Shown here: positions 38,268 through 47,688 of the stretch, piece after piece
How positions within the stretch are numbered: the stretch's first letter is position 1
How the letters are laid out: each line of letters starts with the position of its first letter
NCBI GenBank assembly: GCA_964230645.1
Contig: CAXRHT010000001.1
Coordinates: 128,001-192,000 of the forward strand
From: Bdellovibrionales bacterium
Lineage (GTDB): Bacteria > Bdellovibrionota > Bdellovibrionia > Bdellovibrionales > JAGQZY01
Direction of reading: 5' to 3'
DNA length: 64,000 bases
Position numbers and translations under genes: made by a program
Notes under the pieces: generated by a model
What the model was told of the DNA's origin: nothing
Seen by the model: only the letters and a program-made list of their open reading frames with translations
The model's database searches: none

Positions 38268-39438
38268 GAATAACCTCCCCGGTTTCGGGGTCCAAACTGC
38301 GCAAATGTTTTACAACTTCAACCATAGCGTTTCCAAAATCTCTCACTTGTTCGGAGGTCGTCATTCGTCCCAAGCTCACCCTCACCGAGGATTGGGCTTG
38401 GTCTCTGGATAGACCGAGTGCCAAAAGCACGGGGCTTGGCTCGGGGTTCCCCGAACTGCAGGCCGCCCCTGTTCCAATTGAAAATCCACGTATATCCAGA
38501 TTCATTAAAAGGCTCTCGGCATTGAGTCCGTCCACCATAAAACAGGATGTGTTACAGAGGCGCTCTGTGGATTTCCCAAGGACTCTAACTCCCTCAATAT
38601 TCTCACACAAAAAGTTTTCAAGGTTATCTCTTAAGGGCCTGATGGAGTCAACAAAGCCCTTGGGATCAAGGAGCTGGCTCACATAGGAAAAACTGGCGAT
38701 CGCTAGGAGGTTTTCGGTCCCAGCTCTTCTTCTTCGCTCTTGAGAACCTCCGAAAATAAGAGGAGAAAGAGGTGTCCCCTTTTTTATATAAAGAAGCCCT
38801 GAACCTTTCAGGGAATAAATTTTATGGGCTGAGAAACTGGCAAGGTCCACGTTTAAATCTTTCAGGTAGAAGGGAAACTTTCCCAAAGCTTGCACACAGT
38901 CACTATGAAAGAGGGCACCCTTTTTATGAGCCAGAGCCACCATTTCCTTAATGGGTGCAATCACTCCTAATTCATTGTTAGCCAACATCACAGAAACCAA
39001 GGCCACGTCCTCATCCAACTGAGATTCAAAAGTCTCAAGGCTATAGGCGCCGTCAGTATCTACAGCGATGGTTTCAACACGAAATCCAAGTTCTTCAATG
39101 GCTTCTTTCTGCTTGAGAACGCTGGGGTGTTCGATCGAGCCTAATAAAACTCTTTTTTTCTCAACGCCTTTTCTCTTTAGCTCTTTTAGAACGCCTTGCA
39201 AAGCCAGGTTGTTGGACTCACTTCCCCCACTGGTAAAAATAAGCTCAAGTGGGTGCACACCTAGAAGACTGGAAATATTTCGGCGCGCTTCCCTGAGAAT
39301 CCGCTTAGGACCCCGACCATGCTGGTGAATCGAGCTGGGGTTTCCCCAAAGGTCGAGCCAGGAGCCGATGGACTCTTTGAGCCTGTGATCTAAGGGGGTT
39401 GTGGCGTTGTAATCCAAGTAAATATTGCTTTGTGTCAT
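38260..39438 (-). CDS. iscS: Cysteine desulfurase (IscS/NifS-like)
   Basis: [19 protein letters not shown] (PLP Lys), RAGTEN, GAACSSG. Confidence 0.9.
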   Translation of the reverse strand: MTQSNIYLDYNATTPLDHRLKESIGSWLDLWGNPSSIHQHGRGPKRILREARRNISSLLGVHPLELIFTSGGSESNNLALQGVLKELKRKGVEKKRVLLGSIEHPSVLKQKEAIEELGFRVETIAVDTDGAYSLETFESQLDEDVALVSVMLANNELGVIAPIKEMVALAHKKGALFHSDCVQALGKFPFYLKDLNVDLASFSAHKIYSLKGSGLLYIKKGTPLSPLIFGGSQERRRRAGTENLLAIASFSYVSQLLDPKGFVDSIRPLRDNLENFLCENIEGVRVLGKSTERLCNTSCFMVDGLNAESLLMNLDIRGFSIGTGAACSSGNPEPSPVLLALGLSRDQAQSSVRVSLGRMTTSEQVRDFGNAMVEVVKHLRSLDPETGEVIHV

Positions 39439-39445
39439 CCGCGGT

Positions 39446-39475
39446 AACCTATCACCCCTCCCTCTGAGAGGTCAA
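39446..39475 (-). promoter_or_regulatory. Putative sigma70 promoter (extended -10), leaderless iscS operon
   Basis: TTGACC-N18-TAGGTT with TGn, then 7 nt to ATG. Confidence 0.5.
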
Positions 39476-39520
39476 TATATAGTCGAAGGTCTAGTTCCGG
39501 GCCGAAAGGGGCCAATGCCC

Positions 39521-39547
39521 TTAATCCTGCTGAGGATTTTCCGATAA
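39521..39547 (+). promoter_or_regulatory. Putative sigma28/FliA-type promoter
   Basis: TTAA-N15-TCCGATAA versus consensus TAAA-N15-GCCGATAA; 7 nt before ATG 39555. Confidence 0.4.
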
Positions 39548-39554
39548 GCCATTG

Positions 39555-41585
39555 ATGGCAAAGAAGAAAACACCCTGGGTAAAAGCTCTGGGGCTCACAT
39601 CAGCAGATTTTAAGCAGCGCCCCCAGGGCCACGACCCACTTGTTTGGGGGCTTAAAAATAAAGTGATCAACCAAGACGAGTACTTGGCTTGGGCCACCGA
39701 CTATTATCAGCTACCTGCCATCAAACCAGAATTTTTCAGCATGGCTGTGGACTTTACTTTGATTCAAAAACACAGCCATATCCACGATTGGAACGCTCAC
39801 TGCTACCCCATCTACACCTGGCAAGACACTCTTTTTGTGGCCTGTCTGGAACCGACTGAAATAAATACACAGGAAAAGCTTTGTTTTGTAGTAGCCCCCT
39901 TTTTCCCTATGGAAAATGCCTGGGATAAATTTCAAAACTCAAAAGACAGTCAGCAAACAGAAACTGAAGTTCATCAAACGTCTACAGCTTCTGAACAAAA
40001 CGTGGCTCAAAGAAGTCAAGCCGCCACATTGGAAGAGCCTGTCTCACCGGAAACACCGCCTGTTCCTGAACTGCAAGAAAACGGGCCTCAGGTTTCAAAC
40101 GAAGTCCCAAAAGTAGATGTTGTGCAAGAAGCTTCCGCACAAGAAAAATCCTCAGAAGCCCCCTTGGATCTCCCGGATTTAAACTTTGATTCCCTTGGAG
40201 ATGATTCTCAACAGGAAACTCAAAAGGTAGAAACGAACGACCAAGAGACCTCTTCGGAAGAAGAAAGTCAAAAGGAAGAAGACAACTCTTTTGATTCCCT
40301 CGATTTTTCAGCAATGGGAGCTGACACTCCGGCTGAAGCTTCAGAGGCGCCTCAAAAGAAAGAAACAAAAGTTGAAACTGCGGCTGAAATCACTCAAACC
40401 AAAATTGATGAACATGACTTAAATAACTTTACCACCGCTACGGAAACAATCCACGCCCCTCGCGAAACAGTCGTCGCTAGCGGTGAAAACACGGAACATA
40501 AAGAATTGGATTTTGATAATCTAAGTACAGGTGGAATAAGTCTTGAGGGTGATCCCGAAAAATCAGAGATCACTAAGACGAAACTTGGAGAGTCGTCAGA
40601 CAATGAAACGGCTAAAAAGAAAAGTGTGCCCCCTCCTCCTCCCGTCATGAAGGAAGATAACAGTAAAGAAGAACAAGCAAAAAGTGCCGCGCCCGTCCCT
40701 CCACCGCCGCCACAGCCAGCCCAAGAAAATCCGTCCTCAAAAGAGGAGGCCATTCCCGATTTGAGTGACCTTATGGCTCATCAAACCGAGAATCCTAAAA
40801 GAGCACCTGGTATGGAGCACACACATACGGAATTAAAAATTCCAAAACATAACAATGAGGAGCCTGTGATTTTAAAAGGAGAGCAGGCCCCACAACCACC
40901 AGTCGCTCCTTTGATTGAAGAGGAAGAGTACGACGATGACTACACTCCCATACCGGAGGTTTCGGAAGGGCAAAAAGAAGCTCATGCCGACAAAGAAAGT
41001 CTAGAGCTCAATGAAGTCACTCAAACGAATCTTACAGAAAACACAATCACCTACTCTGATCAGCCTGTGCACACTCCACCGGAAGCGCTTATTTCTGATA
41101 AAGAACTCACCGGGGCCGACAAGCTTGAAAACTGCAAGAGTCTTAAAGAAGTGATGGCCCACCTTTTCAGTCATCTCACTCGGGATTACAAAAAACTTCT
41201 CTACGTTGGCCGTGAGGATGGCAAACTCTTTTATCCTAAATTTGTATACGGCCCATGGAAGATGACTTCCATGGCGTGGAAAATGCACATCAATTTGAGT
41301 AATCCAAATATTTTTCGTATCGCTCATAAATCAGGCCACCCTTTTCATGGGAAAATTTCGGACAATCCATTCAACGATAAATATTTCGAGTGGTGGTCTA
41401 AAGGTAAAAAACCTGATTTCGCTACGATCTATCCTGTGGTCGTAGAGGAAGAGATCATTGGCTTTATCACCTGCTTTGGCAAAGGTCCTGAATTCGATGA
41501 GCTTGGAAGTCTCAAGAAAATCGAGAATCTTGTCTCGATATGCAGGAAAAGTTTTGTAAAATCCAGTAAAGCTAAGGCCGCCTAA
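39555..41585 (+). CDS. Hypothetical protein: GSPII_N-like domain, long acidic/Pro-rich linker, GAF-like C-terminus
   Basis: N-terminal YQLPAI...CYPI..WQDTLFVACLEP; about 400-aa E/S/T/P-rich disorder with polyproline runs; C-terminal globular domain. Confidence 0.75.
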   Translation: MAKKKTPWVKALGLTSADFKQRPQGHDPLVWGLKNKVINQDEYLAWATDYYQLPAIKPEFFSMAVDFTLIQKHSHIHDWNAHCYPIYTWQDTLFVACLEPTEINTQEKLCFVVAPFFPMENAWDKFQNSKDSQQTETEVHQTSTASEQNVAQRSQAATLEEPVSPETPPVPELQENGPQVSNEVPKVDVVQEASAQEKSSEAPLDLPDLNFDSLGDDSQQETQKVETNDQETSSEEESQKEEDNSFDSLDFSAMGADTPAEASEAPQKKETKVETAAEITQTKIDEHDLNNFTTATETIHAPRETVVASGENTEHKELDFDNLSTGGISLEGDPEKSEITKTKLGESSDNETAKKKSVPPPPPVMKEDNSKEEQAKSAAPVPPPPPQPAQENPSSKEEAIPDLSDLMAHQTENPKRAPGMEHTHTELKIPKHNNEEPVILKGEQAPQPPVAPLIEEEEYDDDYTPIPEVSEGQKEAHADKESLELNEVTQTNLTENTITYSDQPVHTPPEALISDKELTGADKLENCKSLKEVMAHLFSHLTRDYKKLLYVGREDGKLFYPKFVYGPWKMTSMAWKMHINLSNPNIFRIAHKSGHPFHGKISDNPFNDKYFEWWSKGKKPDFATIYPVVVEEEIIGFITCFGKGPEFDELGSLKKIENLVSICRKSFVKSSKAKAA

Positions 41586-41739
41586 ACCTCACCTGTGGCC
41601 TTCTGCTGCCCTATTTGCAAAGATCAACGCAACTTCACACCTAATTGTGTAAATTTCTAATCAATCTATGAATACAGATTTCGAGAAAGCCAGGGCTTTT
41701 CATGAGACCTTTAAAGGACTTAAAGGAGGATTATTCAAG

Positions 41740-42684
41740 ATGGAAAAGGTGTCTCATCTTCCCGGGCGCGAAAACAAAGAGCGCCTAGTGGGTATTGAAA
41801 TAGAATTTATTGGTGTTCCCTTAGACAAAGCCACAGATCTGGTGGCCGAGGTTTTTGGCGGACAAGTGGAAAAGAAAGATGAATACATCTACCATGTTAC
41901 ACATTCGGAATTCGGTGAATTTCGTGTTGAGTGTGACTCTTCCTTTGTTAAATCAAGAAAGTTTAATCAATGGCTTTCCAAATTGGGAATTGACCTTGAG
42001 CCAGAGGATGTTCAGAAAATGGATGAGAAAATTGCTCAAGGAGCCAACGTCCTCATTCCCTTTGAAATTATCACACCTCCGCTGCCTCTTTCACAAATTG
42101 ACCGTTTTGATGAATTGATCGAAAAATTAAAAGAAGCAAAGAGAAACCTAGATAGGATCCCTTTTTCTCTCGCCCCTTGCGGTCTTCACATTAATGTTGA
42201 GGCCCCAAGCCTTGAAGTTAAAGACCTTCAAAGTATTGTCGCCTCTTTTAGCCAGAGTTATGACAATCTTGTCGAAGAAATTGATGTTGATAAAAAAAGG
42301 CAAATTGCTCCTTACATAGCGCCCTATCCTCGTGAGTATCGCCGACTCTTGATGAATCCTAGTTATGAGCCCGATATAAAAACTTTTTTTGAAGATTATC
42401 TAAAATTCAATCCCACCCGAAATCGGGCCTTGGATTTGACAACAATCATCGGTCACATGAATTGGGAGCTCTTAGAAAAATACGAAGACAAAGGAGTGGA
42501 GCTAGAGCTTATAAAACCGAGGCCGGCCTTTCACTATCGTCTTCCTAATTGTCACCTCGATGATGAGGACTGGAATTTCAAAACAGAATGGCAACGTTGG
42601 GTGAAGGTGGAAAACAAAGCCGAAACCCTGAAAACGAACTCAAACTCGAAATCCCAATCATCTCAACCTGAGGCTGTAATATAA
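41740..42684 (+). CDS. Putative amidoligase (COOH-NH2 ligase, glutamine-synthetase-like fold)
   Basis: VGIEIEF, EIITPP, CGLHIN, TRNRALD, RPAFHYRLPN; ATG 41740 has GGAGG SD. Confidence 0.85.
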   Translation: MEKVSHLPGRENKERLVGIEIEFIGVPLDKATDLVAEVFGGQVEKKDEYIYHVTHSEFGEFRVECDSSFVKSRKFNQWLSKLGIDLEPEDVQKMDEKIAQGANVLIPFEIITPPLPLSQIDRFDELIEKLKEAKRNLDRIPFSLAPCGLHINVEAPSLEVKDLQSIVASFSQSYDNLVEEIDVDKKRQIAPYIAPYPREYRRLLMNPSYEPDIKTFFEDYLKFNPTRNRALDLTTIIGHMNWELLEKYEDKGVELELIKPRPAFHYRLPNCHLDDEDWNFKTEWQRWVKVENKAETLKTNSNSKSQSSQPEAVI

Positions 42685-43511
42685 TGAACGATAAAAAACC
42701 TGAAATCGCTGTTACTGGACCGAGTCTTGGCGGTTACCCCGCTTGGTTTTTCACCGCACTGCAAGTTTGGATAGCGGGTGGAAAAGCCACCTACCTCCCT
42801 CCCCAAGAGCTCAATGAGAAAAAGATCCGTCAATTTGATGGTATCATCTTAGGGGGTGGAGCCGATATCAGTCCTAAACTTTATAGAAACAACGAAGAAA
42901 GTGAAGAAGATCTGGAACTTGTGGAAGACGAGGTGGCCCGTACGGAAAACTTTGTGGTAAAATTTATTAAGCTTATTTTGCTAAAAATATTTAACTACAG
43001 CCCCAGTCGTCATCAAACCGATTTTGAAAGAGACCTTTTTGAAATGAAAGTCCTGCGCCTTGCTGTTAAACAGAAAATCCCTGTTTTTGGAATATGCCGA
43101 GGCATGCAAATGATCAATGTCTTCTATGGGGGTAAAATTGATCCCGACATTAAACGTCACTACACTGAAAAAGAAAAGCTCAAACGCGGACATCGACCTG
43201 TCAAAAAAATCAGATTAGAAAAAAACTCTCTGCTCTTCGATGCCATTGGCAAAGAAGACCTTAAGGTTAATGCTTTTCATGATCAAGGCATCTTACACCT
43301 GGGTAAAGAGCTCTGTATTACAGCCTCTGAGAAAAACGGGGTGATTCAGGGTATCGAGCAGTGCGAGGGAGAAAGCGCTTTGGTTATGGGCGTACAATGG
43401 CATCCAGAATTTATGGTCTACCAACGCGCACAGAGAAAACTGTTTTCCTGGTATGTGAAACAACTCAAAACGGAAGAGCTTGTCAGTCGGAAGGAACGGT
43501 TTGCAACGTAG
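42684..43511 (+). CDS. Class I glutamine amidotransferase / peptidase C26 (gamma-glutamyl hydrolase family)
   Basis: GGGADISP, GICRGMQ, VNAFHDQ, GVQWHPE. Confidence 0.92.
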   Translation: MNDKKPEIAVTGPSLGGYPAWFFTALQVWIAGGKATYLPPQELNEKKIRQFDGIILGGGADISPKLYRNNEESEEDLELVEDEVARTENFVVKFIKLILLKIFNYSPSRHQTDFERDLFEMKVLRLAVKQKIPVFGICRGMQMINVFYGGKIDPDIKRHYTEKEKLKRGHRPVKKIRLEKNSLLFDAIGKEDLKVNAFHDQGILHLGKELCITASEKNGVIQGIEQCEGESALVMGVQWHPEFMVYQRAQRKLFSWYVKQLKTEELVSRKERFAT

Positions 43512-43512
43512 A

Positions 43513-44172
43513 ATGAATCCACGCCTGATTGTTCTTGTCTTATTTTTAGTGGCCGTAACAACTTTGTGGTTTTTTACACCCCTCAAGAAGCTTTTCCAGC
43601 CTGAAACGCTCTGGGAATATTCTGTGGATCTCGCTCAGTCCCCTTGGACCCCCGCCCTCTTACTAGCCCTCTTTTTTATAGGAACTTGTGTGTTTATCCC
43701 GGTGGTCGCTGTGGCTCTTGCCAGTGCGATGATTTATTCTTTTTGGATGGGTCTTTTACTTTCTTTGCTTGGAGTTTTTTTAGCCTCCCTTTCGGGCTAC
43801 TTTTTAGGACGCTACTTCGGAATGGGCTTCCTTCCTGAGAAAGTAGCCAACCGAGTAAATAATTTCTCAGAGCATTTTCAAAACGCCACCGGCTGGACCG
43901 TGTTAGCTCTTCGAGTGGCTCCCACCCCTCCTTTTACACTCACCAGTATGCTCTCGGGAGTGTTTAAAATACCAATACTCCCCTACTGTCTTGGCACTGT
44001 GGTTGGTATGATCCCGATGATGACTCTTATTCAACTCTTTGGCACTCAAATCATTGATCTTGTGCGTAACCCTTCATTTCTTGCACTATTTTCGGTCATC
44101 GCTGTCGTAATCCTCATTTTTGTATATAATCAGATCAAGAACCATTGGACAAAAAATAGGAGCTTGTCGTGA
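43513..44172 (+). CDS. TVP38/TMEM64 (DedA superfamily) membrane protein
   Basis: GYFLGRYFG, LRVAPTPPF; hydrophobic profile. Confidence 0.85.
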   Translation: MNPRLIVLVLFLVAVTTLWFFTPLKKLFQPETLWEYSVDLAQSPWTPALLLALFFIGTCVFIPVVAVALASAMIYSFWMGLLLSLLGVFLASLSGYFLGRYFGMGFLPEKVANRVNNFSEHFQNATGWTVLALRVAPTPPFTLTSMLSGVFKIPILPYCLGTVVGMIPMMTLIQLFGTQIIDLVRNPSFLALFSVIAVVILIFVYNQIKNHWTKNRSLS

Positions 44173-44909
44173 AGTTATTAGCCTCGATATTGGCCATTCT
44201 TTTATCTATCAGTATTTTGCCGTCCAAAAGCTTTGCTGACGTCGAAAACTACAGTGGAGTTGTTTACGATATTGAAACTTCAAAAAAGCGTTTCACCTTT
44301 AGTCACGAAATGGAGAAGAAGGACGGAAAGGTTCTATCTAAAGTCACTTACAAAAATCTCAATGGAGATATGGTTCTTGTTGAAGAAATTGAAACTCGCG
44401 CCGGTAATCTTAAAAACTATAATATCAAACAACTACAAACCAATCGTTCTGCCCACGTATATCTTGATAACAAAAACGTGCATTTTTATCTGCGCGACAT
44501 TAAAACAGACAAAATAATAAAAAAAGAAAAAAAAGATATTCCCGACTCAAAAATTGCTGTTGGCTCGACCATATTTAACTTAGTTGACCGAAACTCAGAT
44601 CGCCTAGCCAAAGACAAGGACGTGGATTTTAGCATTGCCCTTTGGGGGCGCCAGGACCTTATTGATTTTTATCTTAGACGAGAAAATATCGACGGGCCCA
44701 TTCTGACGATCCATATGCTTCCAAGTAACTTTTTCATTCGTCAGTTTGTCGACACTATTGAAATAAAGTTTGATCGTAAGTCTCAGAAAATTGTCTCCTA
44801 CAAGGGGCGAACCAATCTCATGGTAAAAAGCGATGGAGAATGGAAGGAGTTTGATGGTCTCATCAAAATCTCCGAAAAATCTCAACTTCGTAATCTTACG
44901 AATGACTAA
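44169..44909 (+). CDS. Secreted beta-rich hypothetical protein
   Basis: GTG start overlapping previous stop, signal peptide (SFA-DV). Confidence 0.75.
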   Translation: MKLLASILAILLSISILPSKSFADVENYSGVVYDIETSKKRFTFSHEMEKKDGKVLSKVTYKNLNGDMVLVEEIETRAGNLKNYNIKQLQTNRSAHVYLDNKNVHFYLRDIKTDKIIKKEKKDIPDSKIAVGSTIFNLVDRNSDRLAKDKDVDFSIALWGRQDLIDFYLRRENIDGPILTIHMLPSNFFIRQFVDTIEIKFDRKSQKIVSYKGRTNLMVKSDGEWKEFDGLIKISEKSQLRNLTND

Positions 44910-45588
44910 CTTGTTTGGATTTTAATACTTTTTTCTTTGCGATAAGAAATAGAGGAATCAGAATCAAGGCCGCTCCCATAGCACAGGCTGTAATCACCGA
45001 GGGCTCCTTGAGTAACGACATAGCTCTCGATCCCAGTATAAGGCCAAGTGCGATCATAGGACCAAGACCTAAAAGAGATGCTAGTAGATACTGAGGGAAA
45101 CTCAATTTTAAGGAACCAGCGATCACACTGGTGGCAATGAATGGCGGCTGGGGAGCCAACCGCAAGGCGCCAATGGCCCAAAAACTCAATCGCTCCACTT
45201 CTTTTCTTACGAAATCAACGTGTTTTTTAAAACGCGGCATCTCGGCAACGTTCAAAAAGTAACGGCCCACCAAGTAACTAAAGGTCGCCGATAACGCCAC
45301 ACCAAGCAGAGAACAGAGGGTGGCTTTCCAGAAGGGAAAGACAATCACAGTTAAAACGGAGGTTAAGGTCAGAGGAAACAATACCCAGCTTCCTAACGTG
45401 AAGATAATAAGAAAGACAAAAAAACTGATCCAATTGTCTGGGGTTTTGGCAGCGGCTCTGAGGGCATTCTCAGCGGAGAGATGCTCACCCATGGGAGAAA
45501 GATAAACAACAGTGATCAATAAGGCCAAGCCCCCGAAAAACGCCACTAGCTTCACGAAATAACTACGTTCTTTATATCCTAATTCCAC
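44896..45588 (-). CDS. TVP38/TMEM64 (DedA superfamily) membrane protein
   Basis: SYLVGRYF, LRLAPQPPF; paralog of 43513..44172. Confidence 0.85.
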   Translation of the reverse strand: MELGYKERSYFVKLVAFFGGLALLITVVYLSPMGEHLSAENALRAAAKTPDNWISFFVFLIIFTLGSWVLFPLTLTSVLTVIVFPFWKATLCSLLGVALSATFSYLVGRYFLNVAEMPRFKKHVDFVRKEVERLSFWAIGALRLAPQPPFIATSVIAGSLKLSFPQYLLASLLGLGPMIALGLILGSRAMSLLKEPSVITACAMGAALILIPLFLIAKKKVLKSKQVSHS

Positions 45589-45700
45589 AGATCGAGTCCT
45601 CCAACTGTATAGTAATAATTTAAACTCTGATGAGCTTTAGAGAATCTAAACTAGGTGACAAACTTGTGTAATTATTTTCAAAGGTGAGGGAAAGCTAAGC

Positions 45701-46138
45701 CTATTTTAGCTTATAGGAGCGAGTTTTATCACCTGGAGGTTTACTTATCTCGATTTCCAAAAGATTCCAATCCAGAGGAAGATCCTGAGAATTAATACGG
45801 TCCGCCCATTCAATCAACACAAGACCTTTTTCCTGGGAGAAAAGATCCCAAAAGCCTGTGCTCTCTAAGTCTTCCTCGCCTTCGGTTCGATATAAATCCA
45901 CATGGGCGATAAAAGGATACTTTTTCGTTGAGTAGTGATTGATTAAAGAAAACGTGGGTGATGAGACAGGCTCATTCACTCCAAGCTGTGCCAGAGCGAT
46001 TTCAACGAGCTTGGTTTTACCAGCTCCCAGTGGTCCCACCAAACTTAGTATTTGTTTTTCTTGAAAACGAGTCGTGATGATCTCTTGAATCCAAGGTTTA
46101 ACTTCACTAAGGCTAAGAGTAACGGGCTTCATTATCAA
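45701..46138 (-). CDS. tsaE: tRNA t6A biosynthesis ATPase
   Basis: GPLGAGKT, VSSPTFS, HVDLYR, IEWA. Confidence 0.95.
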   Translation of the reverse strand: MIMKPVTLSLSEVKPWIQEIITTRFQEKQILSLVGPLGAGKTKLVEIALAQLGVNEPVSSPTFSLINHYSTKKYPFIAHVDLYRTEGEEDLESTGFWDLFSQEKGLVLIEWADRINSQDLPLDWNLLEIEISKPPGDKTRSYKLK

Positions 46139-47496
46139 TTGAGATTTTTTTCTAGGAAAGAGGCCATCTCTTGAGCGTGATCAGAAATCTGTCTTTTGTT
46201 AGGGCCTTCAACCAAGACACGCACAAGATTCTCGGTGCCAGAGTAGCGCACTAAAATTCGCCCTTCGCCTTTGAGCTCTTTTTCAATTTTTGATTTGATC
46301 TCACCGTAGCCTTTAAGATCCTTTAGATCCTTCTTTTTCTTGATCTTTGTATTCACCAAAATCTGGGGCATCTCTTTCATAACTTCATTGAGCTCGCTGA
46401 GTTTTTTTCCAGAAGCCTTCATCACGGCCAGTATATTGAGGGCGGCTACGATACCGTCTCCTGTGGTGGAGTGTTCTAAAAAGATGATGTGTCCTGATTG
46501 CTCACCTCCTAGGGTGTAGCCATATTTTCGCATCTCTTGCACCACGTGTTTATCACCCACATCGGTGCGAACCACTTGAATGCCATTTTCTTTCATTAAT
46601 TTATCAAGGGCAAAGTTACTCATTGAAGTTGCGACCACTGTATTTTTAGGAAGGCGATCCTGCTTTTTTAAATGAAGAGCGCAAATGGCTAAAATGTGAT
46701 CACCATTCACCACTTTTCCTTTTTCATCAGCCATAATCACTCGGTCAGCGTCACCATCAAGGCTCACTCCCACATCGGCGCGATACTTCACCACGGCTTC
46801 TGTCATTTTCACAGGATAAAGAGCGCCGGCTTTATCGTTGACGTTAAAACCGTTGGGCTGATTACCCAGCAAAATCACCTCAGCACCGAGTTCTTCAAAC
46901 ACAGCCGGGGCCACCTTGTATGAGGCTCCGTGAGCACAGTCGAGAACAATACGAACTCCTTCTAAGGTGTACTCAAGAGGAAACGTATTTTTTAGATCGA
47001 CAATATAGCGACCTTGAGCATCCTCGATTCGCTTTGTTCTTCCAAGGTTAGGACCATCGGCAAGAAGAGGTTCCATTTCCGTATCGAGAACAAGTTTTTC
47101 AATTTCGTCTTCCATGGCTGACGAGATCTTAAATCCGTCTGAGCCAAAGATTTTAATTCCATTATCATGATAGGGGTTATGGGAAGCTGAAATTACAATT
47201 CCGGCATCGGCTCTCATATTTCGAGCCAAGAATCCAATACCAGGAGTGGGAAGGGGGCCGACCAATTGCACATGCACCCCCATAGAATTAAGACCACTTG
47301 TGAGAGCTAATTCCACCATATAACCTGAGAGTCTTGTGTCCTTACCGATCACCACCTTGGCGTGATGATTACGAGGCGGGTCTTTTTTGATCAAATAGCC
47401 CAGGGCCTGACCGACTTTTAAAATAATCTCAGGAGTCATGGGATAGTGATTGGCGGTCGCGCGGATTCCATCGGTACCAAAAAGTCGTTTTGCCAT
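46135..47496 (-). CDS. glmM: Phosphoglucosamine mutase
   Basis: FGTDGIR, ISASHNP, DGDADR, GGEQSGH, RYSGTE. Confidence 0.97.
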   Translation of the reverse strand: MAKRLFGTDGIRATANHYPMTPEIILKVGQALGYLIKKDPPRNHHAKVVIGKDTRLSGYMVELALTSGLNSMGVHVQLVGPLPTPGIGFLARNMRADAGIVISASHNPYHDNGIKIFGSDGFKISSAMEDEIEKLVLDTEMEPLLADGPNLGRTKRIEDAQGRYIVDLKNTFPLEYTLEGVRIVLDCAHGASYKVAPAVFEELGAEVILLGNQPNGFNVNDKAGALYPVKMTEAVVKYRADVGVSLDGDADRVIMADEKGKVVNGDHILAICALHLKKQDRLPKNTVVATSMSNFALDKLMKENGIQVVRTDVGDKHVVQEMRKYGYTLGGEQSGHIIFLEHSTTGDGIVAALNILAVMKASGKKLSELNEVMKEMPQILVNTKIKKKKDLKDLKGYGEIKSKIEKELKGEGRILVRYSGTENLVRVLVEGPNKRQISDHAQEMASFLEKNLN

Positions 47497-47631
47497 AAAC
47501 TGCTTCCTTTTATGCTCCCCTGTTCTGGGAAAATCATCTGTTATCTAATAAGTGGTTTTATACCATAAAATTAAGGGACTTTGCACGGTTGTTCTCATGC
47601 TTTGGCGGAGCCGAGCTTCTAAAATTTAAAC

Positions 47632-47663
47632 AAAAAAAAGGCTCCCACTGAAAAGGAGCCTTT
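47632..47663 (-). terminator. Intrinsic terminator after ftsH
   Basis: AAAGGCTCC-N9-GGAGCCTTT stem followed by U-run on minus strand. Confidence 0.75.
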
Positions 47664-47688
47664 CTTTGAAAAAGTTGCAAAAAAGTCA

